Positions 52,413 to 64,000 of a stretch of DNA of 64,000 bases are shown piece after piece. The position numbers and the translations under genes were made by a program. The first letter of the stretch is position 1. Every line of letters starts with the position of its first letter. The DNA comes from Haliotis rufescens (Eukaryota). The notes below the pieces were generated by a model. That model was not told where the DNA came from. It made no database searches and saw only the letters and a program-made list of their open reading frames with translations. Where the stretch lies: assembly GCF_023055435.1 (NCBI RefSeq), contig NW_025963890.1, positions 48,608,001-48,672,000 on the forward strand. Reading direction: 5' to 3'.

Positions 52413-52602
52413 GGCAGTACCGGGTCATGCTACGGGCAGTACCATGTCCTGCTACGGGCAGTACCGGGTCATGCTACGGGCAGTACCATGTCCTGCTACG
52501 GGCAGAACCGGGTCCTGCTATGGGTAGTACCTGGTCCTCTTACGGGCAGTACCGGGTCATGCTACGGGCAGTACCAGGTCATGCTACGGGCAGTACCGGG
52601 TC
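52413..52602. repeat. 22-bp minisatellite (about 8.5 units)
   Basis: gcagtaccgggtcatgctacgg and its variants. Confidence 0.92.
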
Positions 52603-52659
52603 CTTATCAACTTGCCTAATTGTTTTTGTCAGAAACTCTAGGTTTGGTCTCATGAAACC

Positions 52660-52772
52660 AGCATACAGTGAGTCTGGAGTAGTACAAACAGCCAAACACA
52701 TATGCACATCGCTATATAAGTGCAATAATCTTGGAACGCAACATCAAACCCCATATCATCTCACCTCACCTC
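52660..52772 (+). mobile_element. SINE family D, 3' fragment
   Basis: gctatataagtgcaataatcttgga plus a (TCACC)n tail matching the 18422 copy. Confidence 0.75.
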
Positions 52773-52940
52773 AATTGCATAAGAAATATGACGCCCTTTA
52801 GAAGTGAGTGCTGTGTCCTGCCACAGTCAGTATTGTTCCGCACTGCCACAGGCTGTGAATATTCACGACTGAGCAAATCAATCACTGACAGCATGAGCAA
52901 CCATCTGTCTTCGGAGTAAAATGTGAGAGATCTTGAAACT

Positions 52941-53201
52941 GTTTGTTTGTTGTTTAAAGCCGCACTCAGCAATAATCCAGCTGTATGACGGCAGTCTGTA
53001 AATAATCGAGTCTGGACCAGTCAATCAAGTGATTAATATCATAGGCATCGATCCAAGCAATTGGGATACATGACATGCATCAACCAAGTCAGCGAGCCTG
53101 ACCACCCAATCCTGTTGGTTGCCTCTTATGACAAGCATAGTCGTCTTTTACAGCAAGCATGTGTTGCTGAAGACCTCTTCTACCCCGGATCTTCACGGGT
53201 C
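52941..53201 (-). mobile_element. SINE family A, full length
   Basis: Ends cttcacgggtc; imperfect TSD tcttgaaact / cctcgaaact. Confidence 0.9.
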
Positions 53202-53319
53202 CCTCGAAACTAAAGAAATCTAGACTTGCCAAAGTGTTGTAGCCTTGCTTGGGAGTTTTCAGATATTTCTGCTTCCAGGAATGAGAGACTCCTCTACAAG
53301 GACACTTTTCTAAGTGAGT

Positions 53320-53535
53320 TCCAGTTTCAGTTTTATCACGGCGTGTCAGTTTAATGTGGGAGGAAAGCCCAAAGTGATGCAGCTCTTAGACGTTTACCAC
53401 TTTGGTGAAACCCACGAGCACACATATGGTGCAGATAAATCTAGAAACCTATTCGGGGCAAACCGGGAATCGAACCCATAATCACAGACTCTGGCATGGT
53501 GGCCAAGGGGCACAACTCTGTGCAGTGAATTGTGA
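53320..53535 (-). mobile_element. SINE family C, diverged
   Basis: aatgtgggaggaaagccc...ggtgaaacccacgagcac...gggaatcgaaccc. Confidence 0.8.
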
Positions 53536-54962
53536 CGATGGCCATGCTTGAATCTTGCCAAAGTGCTGTAGACTTTCTTGGGTGTTTTCAGTTAATTAGG
53601 TTTGAGGGTCTGAATGAGAGACAACTTCACAAAGGACATATTTCAGAAAGAAGGAAGTACTCAACTTGAAGAAGTGTTAAGATTCAATTTCAATTTCAGA
53701 TCAGTTATACAAAAGTAATAATAATAAGGAACTTCATAATTTCATTCAGATCTTGGCTGGAGATGAATATCTTGTGTTTCAAACCAAGCAGATCACATCC
53801 TGGTAAACATTTAGTTTGGTACACATGTTCTTTGCAGCACTGTCACTAATTCCGAATTAATAATAGCAGCCCTCATAGCTGATCAAGGGGGGGGGGAACT
53901 TTGTTGGGGAAGTCATTCCCAGCCCCACCTGATTCCTCATCATGGTAAAGACAAATTGGTCCTTGGATTGACTGGCCACCTGAACACAGTCTGATCTGTC
54001 TGTGTCTGCTGTGACTATTGCTACGGCTGACCAAAAGGTTTAATAGTGAGCTGTCTGGTGCACAGCCTTGTCCCAGCAGCAGACAGTGCGCCATCCTCCA
54101 AGACGATTATCCAGCCGCCAATCAACAGCTACTTCCTGGTTTCGAAGCAGCCCCAGCTGCTGGAACAGCTGTAACACTGACATTCCCAAACAGGCCAAGA
54201 TGACCCGACCTCATTGCTGGGGTATTTGACTCGAGATGTCAAACCTATCAGCAAGAGGCCAAACTCAAGCTTGTAAACAAGCAAACTTCAGGTCACATGG
54301 TATGACTTGAGCAACACAAAGCTCAAGGTCAAAACTTCAAAAAAAGGTTCTGTTTTTACAATGGATTTGAAATATTTGGTTGTTCATACATATGTCAGAG
54401 ACAAATACCACGTCAATAGGCCGTGTTTGTTTTCTGGTATCATTTACACTTTTATTCAGTGTTACAATATTGTTAAGGCTTGAGGCTATTAAACATAAGA
54501 AAAACATCCTGCAGTCAGTATTTGTACTGATAATGTGGTAACTGTAATAGTGCCACACATCAGTCATGATATCATAAGCAAGATGATGGGTGCCACTGCA
54601 AATGGTCACTAACTTATGGACTAACGCTTAGTCTCTGAAAATATATAATTTTTACAGAAACGAGCAACTACATTTAAATTGATAAGTAGCCCCAGTGAGG
54701 TGGGTGATTCTGAACCTGTTAAAATTGAGACTTGCTTCACTTAAAGGTTAAGCATTACAGTGAGGACTGAGCAAAAGCGAAAATAATATGGTTCAGGTTC
54801 TGAGAGAGGGACTAACAACTGACACTATTAACTTTATCGTTTCCATGGCGTTCTTCAGCAACAACAACCCAATCACCCAATCAGACTTCTGTTATGACCA
54901 AAAATATCCACATAAGTGTCTGTTACATGAGTTCCTGGACTCTGGAGTCCCGAATGTAACAG

Positions 54963-56080
54963 ACCAAGGATCATAATCCGGGAAGATCTGAGATTCAAGC
55001 AGAAATGTAACAGACCATGTGCATGCTTACAGACCAGACCAAGGATCATAATCTGGAAAGATCTGGGATTCAAGCAGAAATGTACCAGACCTTGTGCATG
55101 CTTACAGACCACACCAAGGATCATAATCCGGGAAGATCTGGGATTCATGCAGAAGTGTACCAGACCTCGTGCATGCTTACAGACCACACCAAGGATCATA
55201 ATCCGGGAAGATCTGGGATTCAAGCAGAAGTGTACCAGACCTCGTGCATGCTTACAGACCAGACCAAGGATCATAATAAGGGAAGATCTGGGGTTCAAGC
55301 AGAAATGTACCAGACCTCTTGCATGCTTACAGACCACACCAAGGATCATAATCCAGGAAGACCTGGGATTCAAGCAGAAGTGTACCAGACCTCGTGCATG
55401 CTTACAGACCACACCAAGGATCATATTCAGGAAAGACCTGGGATTCAAGCAGAAATGTACCAGACCTCGTGCATGCTTACAGACCAGACCAAGGATCATA
55501 TCCCGGGAAGATCTGGGATTCAAGCAGAAATGTACCAGACCCTCATGCATGCTTACAGACCACACCAAGGATCATAATCCGGGAAGATCTGGGATTCAAG
55601 CAGAAGTGTACCAGACCTCGTGCATGCTTACAGACCACACCAAGGATCATATCCCGGGAAGATCTGGGATTCAAGCAGAAGTGTACCAGACCTCGTGCAT
55701 GCTTACAGACCAGACCAAGGATCATATCCCGGGAAGATCTGGGATTCAAGCAGAAGTGTACCCGACCTCATGCATGCTTACAGACCAGACCAAGGATCAT
55801 ATCCCGGGAAGATCTGGGATTCAAGCAGAAGTGTACCAGACCTCATGCATGCTTACAGACCACACCAAGGATCATAATCCGGGAAGATCTGGGATTCAAG
55901 CAGAAGTGTACCAGACCTCATGCATGCTTACAGACCAGACCAAGGATCATATCCCGGGAAGATCTGGGATTCAAGCAGAAGTGTACCAGACCTCGTGCAT
56001 GCTTACAGGCCACACCAAGGATCATAATCGGGGAAGATCTGGGATTCAAGCAGAAATGTACCAGACCTTGTGCATGCTTA
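54963..56080 (-). repeat. 75-bp minisatellite (about 15 units), apparently derived from the B-box region of a family-C SINE
   Basis: Unit accaaggatcataatccgggaagatctgggattcaagcagaagtgtaccagacctcgtgcatgcttacagaccac; period 75. Confidence 0.9.
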
Positions 56081-57491
56081 TGCTTACTGCACCCTTATGT
56101 GTATACATGGGCGAGACATGGTCAAAAATAATATTATCAGAATTATCAGAATTCTGAACACAAATTATAAGTGCCACCATTGCTAAAATCTTCCATACAA
56201 ACTGTTCACTTAGCTTCATAGCCAATTGGCTCACGAGAGGGTGTCATAAATGCTCCCACAGCACATTTAGAGGAGTATGTGAAGATCAACGGTCAAAGAG
56301 TGAAAGTTTAAAATAGACCAAACACATATGTTTTGTTTTAGTAAAATAACATTAATCAAAATGGCTACATTGGCCGATTTAATAAAAGTAAAATGAACGA
56401 AAGGACTACCTGTATTGTTTTGATTTGTATTTAAATAAATTGATACAACAAGGATCAGTTTTTATTCTGAGATTTGCTTCTACTCTCAACATCACGTTTT
56501 CTCATGTAACATGTAGTTTGTGAGTTCTCATACTTCTGCAAGGAGATACCTTACTGAAGTTTATTTGGAAGAAGCCTACCAATTGGGTAATATAGTATAT
56601 TGGTTGTTAGATATGGGACAATTGATTGGCTGAAAAACTGCCACACCACACATAGCACATGCATGGAGGGAACAACTAAAACACCACCGATGAACCATCA
56701 AACCAAAGAAAACTTTATAGCATGTCTTTCCCATGAGGCAAAACAGAAGTGTAGATGGGGGCAAAGCAACACGGACAATTATTTGTGTTGACAAGGAACA
56801 CAATGTTAATAGTTTCGAACAAAACAAAGGTTTGCATTCAGACAATTATGAGAACTTTTCTCAGAAACTTGAGTCAGAAAGGGAGCTGAGGATGTACATT
56901 AATATAAATTTACATCATAAAATGAAGTAAACTTTTTATGAAACTAAATGGGAACTAACATATCCATGGCCTGAAAGGCAACATACTGTGTAAAACACAA
57001 AAACATTATGACTGAAGGTTCATGTAACTTTCATATATCATCAATTCAATAAACTTTCTTTGCTTTTTTTGAGTAGGGATGGCTTATTTAAAAAAAGGCA
57101 CATATTTTGAAATGTTAGGGCCCTCAGGCACTTGTTTAATCCAAACCTAGAAAGATCACCGATTGTTAGAACTTGAACACTAGAATAAGAATAGATAACA
57201 TTTGCCAGTGCACCCTGTAGTCCTGTGCCATTCTTGTGCACACAAGCTACCGGAATTCCAAACTGTCGAACATTAGGAAAAGTAAGCCATAGTTTCTGTA
57301 ACCTACTGATTCTAACTGGCTAAAAACTGAGGAAGAAAGTCGAAAATAGTTGAAAACAAGACAATTATCTGACAGATTACGAAGGACCAATGGTCTGAAA
57401 TTATTCTTTGTCAATATCATCGTCCTCAACACGCCCATTGGATGATGGTGAACCAACTCGGTTCCAACAGAGCTGTCCTTTGAAACTCCTG

Positions 57492-59026
57492 GGCCCACTT
57501 GCACAGAACAATCTTAGTTACAATCGATCTTAGGCGGCTACAATCAACTTTACAATCACCCTACAATTGTCCTATTCCACTTGCACAAACCGATCTTAGC
57601 GCGATTGTAAGACGGCTTGGAGTTAAGATCGCGATCTTAACTAAGATTGAAATCTTCAATGGTGGAGGTACAAATATCTTAAACTAGACTCCTGTCTATG
57701 GTTGTCTGCAAACGCGCAAATCTTGCTGCGCATACAACGTGTAGAACCGGTTACGACATACAACACGTACCTCCCTCCACGCACCTTGCACAGTTGAAAG
57801 GTCTCAACTATTTGAAGGAAACTATAATTAGAATGTTGGCATATAGATTTAGTGACATTCTTATTATGAAAGTAAAAAAAGAAAATAATAATAGATCTCT
57901 ATGTCCAAATAACATAACAGGTAAATGTATGATCGTCATCTATTTGGGGGAGCTTTCCGTAAAATCCTAAATACATGTATATCCTTCATGTTTTAGTTTT
58001 GCCGCTATTACAAAGGATGTTATGACAACCTTTTCAAAACACAGTAAGACGGGAGATTTCAAGAATGCATGTACGGGAAATAAGAATAATGTTTCAAGAA
58101 AGAAGTTGTTTAATATATATTCATTTGGTATTAATTATATTTTTTAAAAAGTGTGAATTTTACTTTTGCTATTTATGGGATATTTTACACAAATTTCAAA
58201 TGTCTCATCATGTGTATTTGCTTGTTTGATGAATATTTGTATTAGTTTCTTATAAATTCAGATATTACAACCGCTCGTGACTGTCCCACTCGATTTTGGA
58301 TATAAACGTATGATTTTGCACTTCAACTTGTGTTTACTTGTAGATTATTTAATGATAAACTAAAGACAAAATAACTGACACGAATGTGACCCAAAAGATA
58401 TACAAGGGGAGCTCGGCGGTTCTACAACATTAATACACTAACTGGGCAAGGAAGATTCTACGATACTTATACAAAGGGAAACCACTCCCATCTAGAATAT
58501 AAACTATGATTAGCTGCCCTTGATTTATCTTAAAGGTCACGGACGTTACAAATCGCTTGCAGACGACTTAGGTTTTATCCTTCCCTTGATAAGGTATGTT
58601 GTTTTAGACTTCTTTCAGCATTGACACGGGTGGGAATAGTACTTTTAACTATCGACTCGATAGTTATGTGGTTCACTATCGCAATTAACGATATTTTTGA
58701 CGTTAAATCTGTGGTGCGGTCTTCGTGTTGTTGAAGTGTCGATTCGAATCATAAAATCTAACGAAATAAATAGGCAGTGTTTGATCGTAAAGCAGATTAT
58801 TAATGTGAAACTGGCCCTGTCTTGCACGCCATTTTGTCAGGGACTACAACGATCTTAGCTACTTAAGATTGGTCTGGACCAATTGTAAGTTTCGATTGTA
58901 GCTTACAATGATCTTAACCTACAATCGCTTTGTGCAAGTGGATGACAATTGTAGCGTAAGCCTAAGATCGCGATCTTAAGGATTTACAATAATTGTAGCG
59001 CTAAGATCGCTTTGTGCAAGTGGACC
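57492..59026. mobile_element. Non-autonomous PIF/Harbinger-type DNA transposon (1.5 kb)
   Basis: TIR GGCCCACTTGCACA / TGTGCAAGTGGACC, 3-bp CTG TSD (57489-57491, 59027-59029), and mirrored subterminal gatcttag/ctaagatc and tacaat/attgta arrays. No transposase ORF. Confidence 0.9.
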
Positions 59027-59557
59027 CTGGAATGGAGAGCAAGAGAGATCCTGCCAAGTTGGGATCGAGTTGGTTCAGATGAAAGAACATATGCACTTCA
59101 GTCGCAAAGGCCGAACTCATAGAGTTACATAAAACATAATGTGCCATGACACACATGAACAAACTGTCTTCCTCCTTGCTGAAGCAGCAGGCATGTTCTA
59201 TCTCCTAAATCACTGCTCTCAGGAAGTCGGTTAATTGCTCTGCCATTCCTTGTTGGGGTGACCCACTCCCTACTTGAGGAGGAAAGTGAAGGAAGTGCCC
59301 CACATGCACCAGAGATGTACCTGTACACTGATTGAGTTGACGTTAACATTGATAATAACAGTAATGAAGTTTTATCAGCCGATGTGGGAGGAAGTCTTGT
59401 TATTTACCACTTGAGTGAAACCCACAAGCTGGTTATTGAGCTCACAAACCAAGAATCTTATCAGGGCAAAGCTGGGCATTCTTCGGCCACCATGCCTGCT
59501 CGATGCAGGATTACTGATAAAGTGGGGGGGTGGGTGAGAGAGTGAGTTTGTGGGACC

Positions 59558-59640
59558 TTAAAGCTCTGCACGCTAACGTCGAACCCATTCGACAGAGGTG
59601 TCCATCCCCGTGCATCTGATGTCGAACCCATTCGACAGGC
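59558..59640 (+). mobile_element. Probable left terminus of a TTAA-specific (piggyBac-like) DNA element of unknown extent
   Basis: TTAA followed by two direct copies of the palindrome GTCGAA-CCCA-TTCGAC (59578-59593, 59621-59636), then AT-rich, CpG-retaining sequence. Confidence 0.4.
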
Positions 59641-62600
59641 GAATAGCATAACAACACCCCAAAATAAAACTCGCCATATCTATTTACCAAGAAGGCTTTG
59701 CGTAACATTTAAATTACGTATGACATGCATAAATGCTCAGCTTGCTCAATATCAAAACGTTCAGTCATTTATTTACCTCAAAAAGAAATTATCGCGAGTT
59801 AAAAATGTTTCGGCCAAACTTCTCGGCACACAACTACCAGAAACGGCCATTGTTGACTTTTGGCACTTCACGTTGAGCGGCATGCAGTCCGATATTTTCT
59901 TTATAATTTCATCATTTTTCCTATTCGATCATATTTTTTTGTTTGCTGACGAAAGGAAAACACTCATGTTCCTTTATTTCTAAAAAATAGCAACTTTCGG
60001 TGTAACTAATTGTAAACAAAAACAATCTGAATCGTAACATCATCGATTGGATGGAACTTGTACGATCATGGCAACGGCGGTAAACAAACAACTCCACATG
60101 CATAGTTATCCCGTTAGACTATTACAATCATTTTGTTACATCTAACTTAATTTTCTAGAATTATTGACACGTATGTATAAATCTTTGTAAAAAGAATTTC
60201 ATTTTTAAAGAGTTTGCAAATGATTTCGTTTGATAAACTTTCCGACACATTGACAACCCGACAAACGTTAGAGATACGTTTGGGCGTGGCCTAACTCGCG
60301 ATTTGTTGAGTTGAACAAAGTAAACAAACACTGCGAAAAATGACAAATATTGGATGATACGCAAAATCTGAACTGATATACATTCTAGGTAAACCATTCA
60401 ATAGCAAAATAATGCATTTTACGAGAAATAATCAAAATACTTGCAATTTTTGCTATCATTTCTGAAACCGGAAGCACGTACCGCATGACACATGGAAGCA
60501 AAATATGCAAAAGTTGGTAAGCTATCATAAAGAAATTCCGAAATAGATTCAAATTCAAAAGAAAATACATAATTTACAATTTTTCGTCAACTATTTACTA
60601 TTTATTGATCTGGAGAGCAGTCATCACTCCTATTTGTTTCATATTTCTTCGTGATTACCGCCATCAAATGAAAGTCAAAATCCGAAACCGTGATGGATTT
60701 CACGCTCGATGATTTTAATTTTAAAAATATTTTCTAAAAACGAACGCAACGGAGAGTGATACAACGAATTGATATGCCATAATAATAACATAATATTGTT
60801 ATTGGTCTAACATTAAAAAAAGAACAATTTAAATATTAAAGATGTTGTTGAAAACTTTCTGAGAACCTCCCGTCCTCTGAACCGATAAAATTTTGGTACA
60901 CAACGAGGTAGGCTAGTGCAAATATATATAGATTCTAGGCTCCTATATATGTGATTTTTTTACCCCAAACAAATTAAATTGTACCCAAAATACTTTGTGA
61001 ATTTGTAACTTAGAAAATAAGACAATAGATCTATAATTATATTTATGTTTTCATGTAGATGAACAGAACACATGATAAAATATTTCATCAAGTTCCAAAT
61101 ATGATTATGACTGTGATCCTTAAAATTGATTGTTTAGTGTTGAGAGAAAATTGACGTCTTGTCACTGAAGGAGAGGCCAGTTAAGTTGGTTAAACCTAAG
61201 TTAGAATGAATTGTTTTGATAAGAAAGTGATATTATGTTAAGTTTAAGACACCAAATTAATGTATATCTTTGAAATAATTCTAGGTAGATCTACAAAATC
61301 ACATACCCATAACAAATTACTAGAAATTTTGGGTACAAAAGTCACCACTGTACATTTCAACTGATTTTCGTGAATCAATGGGATAAAATATTTCGTCTGA
61401 ATGATTCCTTTTCTCATTTTTTAAGACAAGAATTTGTTTTACATAACAAAACAGGCAGATCTACATGGATCACGTTTAGTCCTAAAAATGTGAAAAATAT
61501 GGACACCTCAGAAATGAGGGCTTATAAGTATAATTCTACCTAACTAATCACATGGTTTGACTTAGATCTAGGTCTATCTAAGAAAAGTCCTTATGAAAAT
61601 CTTTTTTTATTTTTTTTATGACACTGACATTTCTGGCACTTAGACAAAGAGTATTCAAGGAAAGACATATATTTGAATGAAAATATGACTTTCCTTTATA
61701 ATTCTTTTTTCATGATGACAGGGGAACTTTTATACACAACAGCTGAGGAAGTTGTGATACTGTGATTGCATACAAAGAAAAAACAGGTTGGAAGCAGTAC
61801 CTGTATGTATAAAATAGACCACATAAGGTGAACAAAAGTAATGGATTGGCTGACTGGAAAAAATACATCTGGCAAGGGTAAACATGTACACAGGCATGTT
61901 TCTTTTCATTCCAACCAGAAGACTGAGATAGCATTTTCTAAGACACTTATGGCAAACTTACCAGCTCATGTGCCACCATGGTTCTTGTGATTAAACAAAC
62001 AAAAATGTCATGTACTGTTACAAGTACTGTTAATGTAATTAAATTAAATTAATTCCTATTAAATTATATTTCAGAATTGTTTCATTTGGAAACAAACCAC
62101 ATAATGCACAAGATTAATGTCCATATGAGTTTAGTATGTATATGTTAAGGATCGGATTTATTCATTATTCATGGAATACTAAAATTAAAATGATGACATC
62201 AGAGAGTTACTTATTCACATAGTTGATTTTCAGAGTGCAAGATAATAATTGATGAATATGTGTTTAAACTAAAGATAATAATTGAAGTTTGATCAGTTAC
62301 ACTGTGCTGATGCAAAGACTAATATTTACTGTCCCCACACACCATCATTGTGGGAAAAATAACTATTTAATATAACTTAAAATTTTAAAACCTGTAAACA
62401 GCTGTAAATAATTACACAATTACAAATCTATCATCAATACGCAATCATGGTGGTCTTCATATTTTTGGAATAAATTTAGAAATCCTTCGTGTAACTGTTC
62501 TAGAATCATGCTAGAATCTATGAATGTATTCCCGAAAGGAAAACTATCCTAAATGTAATGTGGAACTAACACCGAAAATATGTACGTAGCATTTAATTGC

Positions 62601-63839
62601 TTATATATACCCTATCATATTCAGCAACGCGGGGATGTTATTTTGAAACACGTTTTGCCCATTTTCGCGCACCTGTTGTTGAGGGTGATCTTGCTGATCG
62701 ACGAAATCCATAGACGTATTATGTGGGATACACTTGTTGTAGTGAAACTTATCAGCGTGTACATCGCAGAAATATGAATCATGTACCATTTATATTCACA
62801 ACATTGAATGGTGATTCTTAAATATCAACAGAAGTTCAAATAAAAGATACCGAGAAACTTGCATGTTGCATGTTGATTTATCGTCTACCGTTTCCGGGTC
62901 ACGGGAGCATGCAAGGTCAAACGGATTAACTAATACGTGAATTATATCGTCAAAGTCACATTTTTATTTCATGTTAGTGGTGATAACTGATACTGTGTAT
63001 CGACTTCTCTTTTGCTGTATGTGATAGGCGAAATATTTCAAAAATTACTGTAATTGTTTTGTTTCGAAAGCTTATCAGCAGACTACCCCTGTCTGTGACA
63101 TCACATCCGGTGACCTTTGCACTTATTGAAATAGTGCTGTCAGAATTCACGATCTTTATTTTCATTTTTCTCTCGTCATATTTATTGGAATATGACGAAT
63201 AAAACATTCTTCGATTGAGAAGATCGTCAACTTTCGCCAAGTTATATTTATAAAGGCAATGTAAACTTTGTTGATATTAAAATAGCAATAAGTTATGCGG
63301 AGGTCGGGCGAAGCGCGCCATGTTTGATTTTAGGATGTCTGCTAGCATCATGACACGGGTTGTTTATTTTTGTATATCGTAAATATTCAACCAAAACGCT
63401 TGAAATTAGGATTAGTGAATATTTATAAGTCATTAATTGTTTCCTGCAAATTTTATAACATGACACGTCAGATTAACCCGAATATTCGTATTTCTGCAAC
63501 CGACATGATGACCTCGAAAATTAAGTTATTTTTCTGTTTAACGTTTAGATAATAAATTCACTGAAATGGTTCATAATTTACCATCGCGATGATATATGCC
63601 GATTATAAAACCCGAATTTTTACTCAATTAAAATTAAGATATCGGAGATATGATTATTGAAATCAATTTGCACAAATGTTACGATATTAAAAGGTTCCTA
63701 GCATGAAATGCAAACCACCTTCAATAACGCAATTCAGGTAAGTTCAAGAAAATTTACAAATTTTGTGTTCGCTTTGGTCTTAACCTTGGTATGATTGAAA
63801 ACATCGGGATATTTTTATATAGTATTGTGTAGTTTTCTA

Positions 63840-63998
63840 TCAGGAATAAATGTGCAAAATATTTCTTCAAATGGCCCTTGTTTAATGAGGCACCGACTGT
63901 TTGAAATCACCCACGCTCTTTAGAGCGCCTTATGCTAAAATTAATCCAGCAGGCAGGGGTAAGAAGTGTGAAAATAATTCAGCAGGCTAAAGGTTAAA
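63840..63998. mobile_element. Right terminus of a TTAA-specific non-autonomous DNA element, with the end duplicated
   Basis: cagcaggcaggggtaa followed by cagcaggctaaagg|ttaa. No matching left TIR was found. Confidence 0.4.
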
Positions 63999-64000
63999 CA

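Noticed and set aside
54873-56157. Repeat-protein-like ORFs of 186-336 aa
   Set aside because: They are open on both strands and in several frames because the unit is 75 bp, and a 1-bp insertion near 55541 shifts the frame.
56269-56540. Possible Sola-like MITE (gaggagtatgtgaag ... gttctcatacttctg)
   Set aside because: Only about 11 of 15 bases match in the inverted ends, and there is no TSD.
61165-61200. Penelope-like hammerhead relic (ctgaaggagaggcc...ggttaaac)
   Set aside because: Both core boxes are mismatched; too degenerate to support.

Overview
Repeat-rich, non-coding eukaryotic DNA. The SINE repertoire (tRNA-derived, V-domain and Meta-domain families with ACTC/AAAC tails) points to a mollusc, probably an abalone-like gastropod; that assignment is inference. 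No complete host protein-coding gene can be supported, and nearly all ORF-track entries are artefacts of tandem repeats or SINEs. The real coding remnants are all transposon-derived: an RTE-X-like LINE 3' end, a MULE transposase C-terminus and a mariner transposase C-terminus. The window holds about 30 SINE copies in four families, several DNA-transposon derivatives with verifiable target-site duplications (hAT, Harbinger, MULE nested in a pogo-like element), Helentron-like and long-hairpin elements, a 1.37-kb triplication, and a dense minisatellite cluster at 38.7-56.1 kb. The most interesting points are: (1) a SINE-like family with no tRNA head, a precise GACCC 5' end and a structured, independently multiplied 5' module (candidate ribozyme or promoter); (2) two minisatellites derived from SINE Pol III promoter regions; (3) a strong family-specific strand bias plus several minus-strand exon/promoter candidates suggesting a giant intron; (4) a degenerate Penelope-type minimal hammerhead ribozyme. 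Coordinates were counted by eye and may be off by a few bases.
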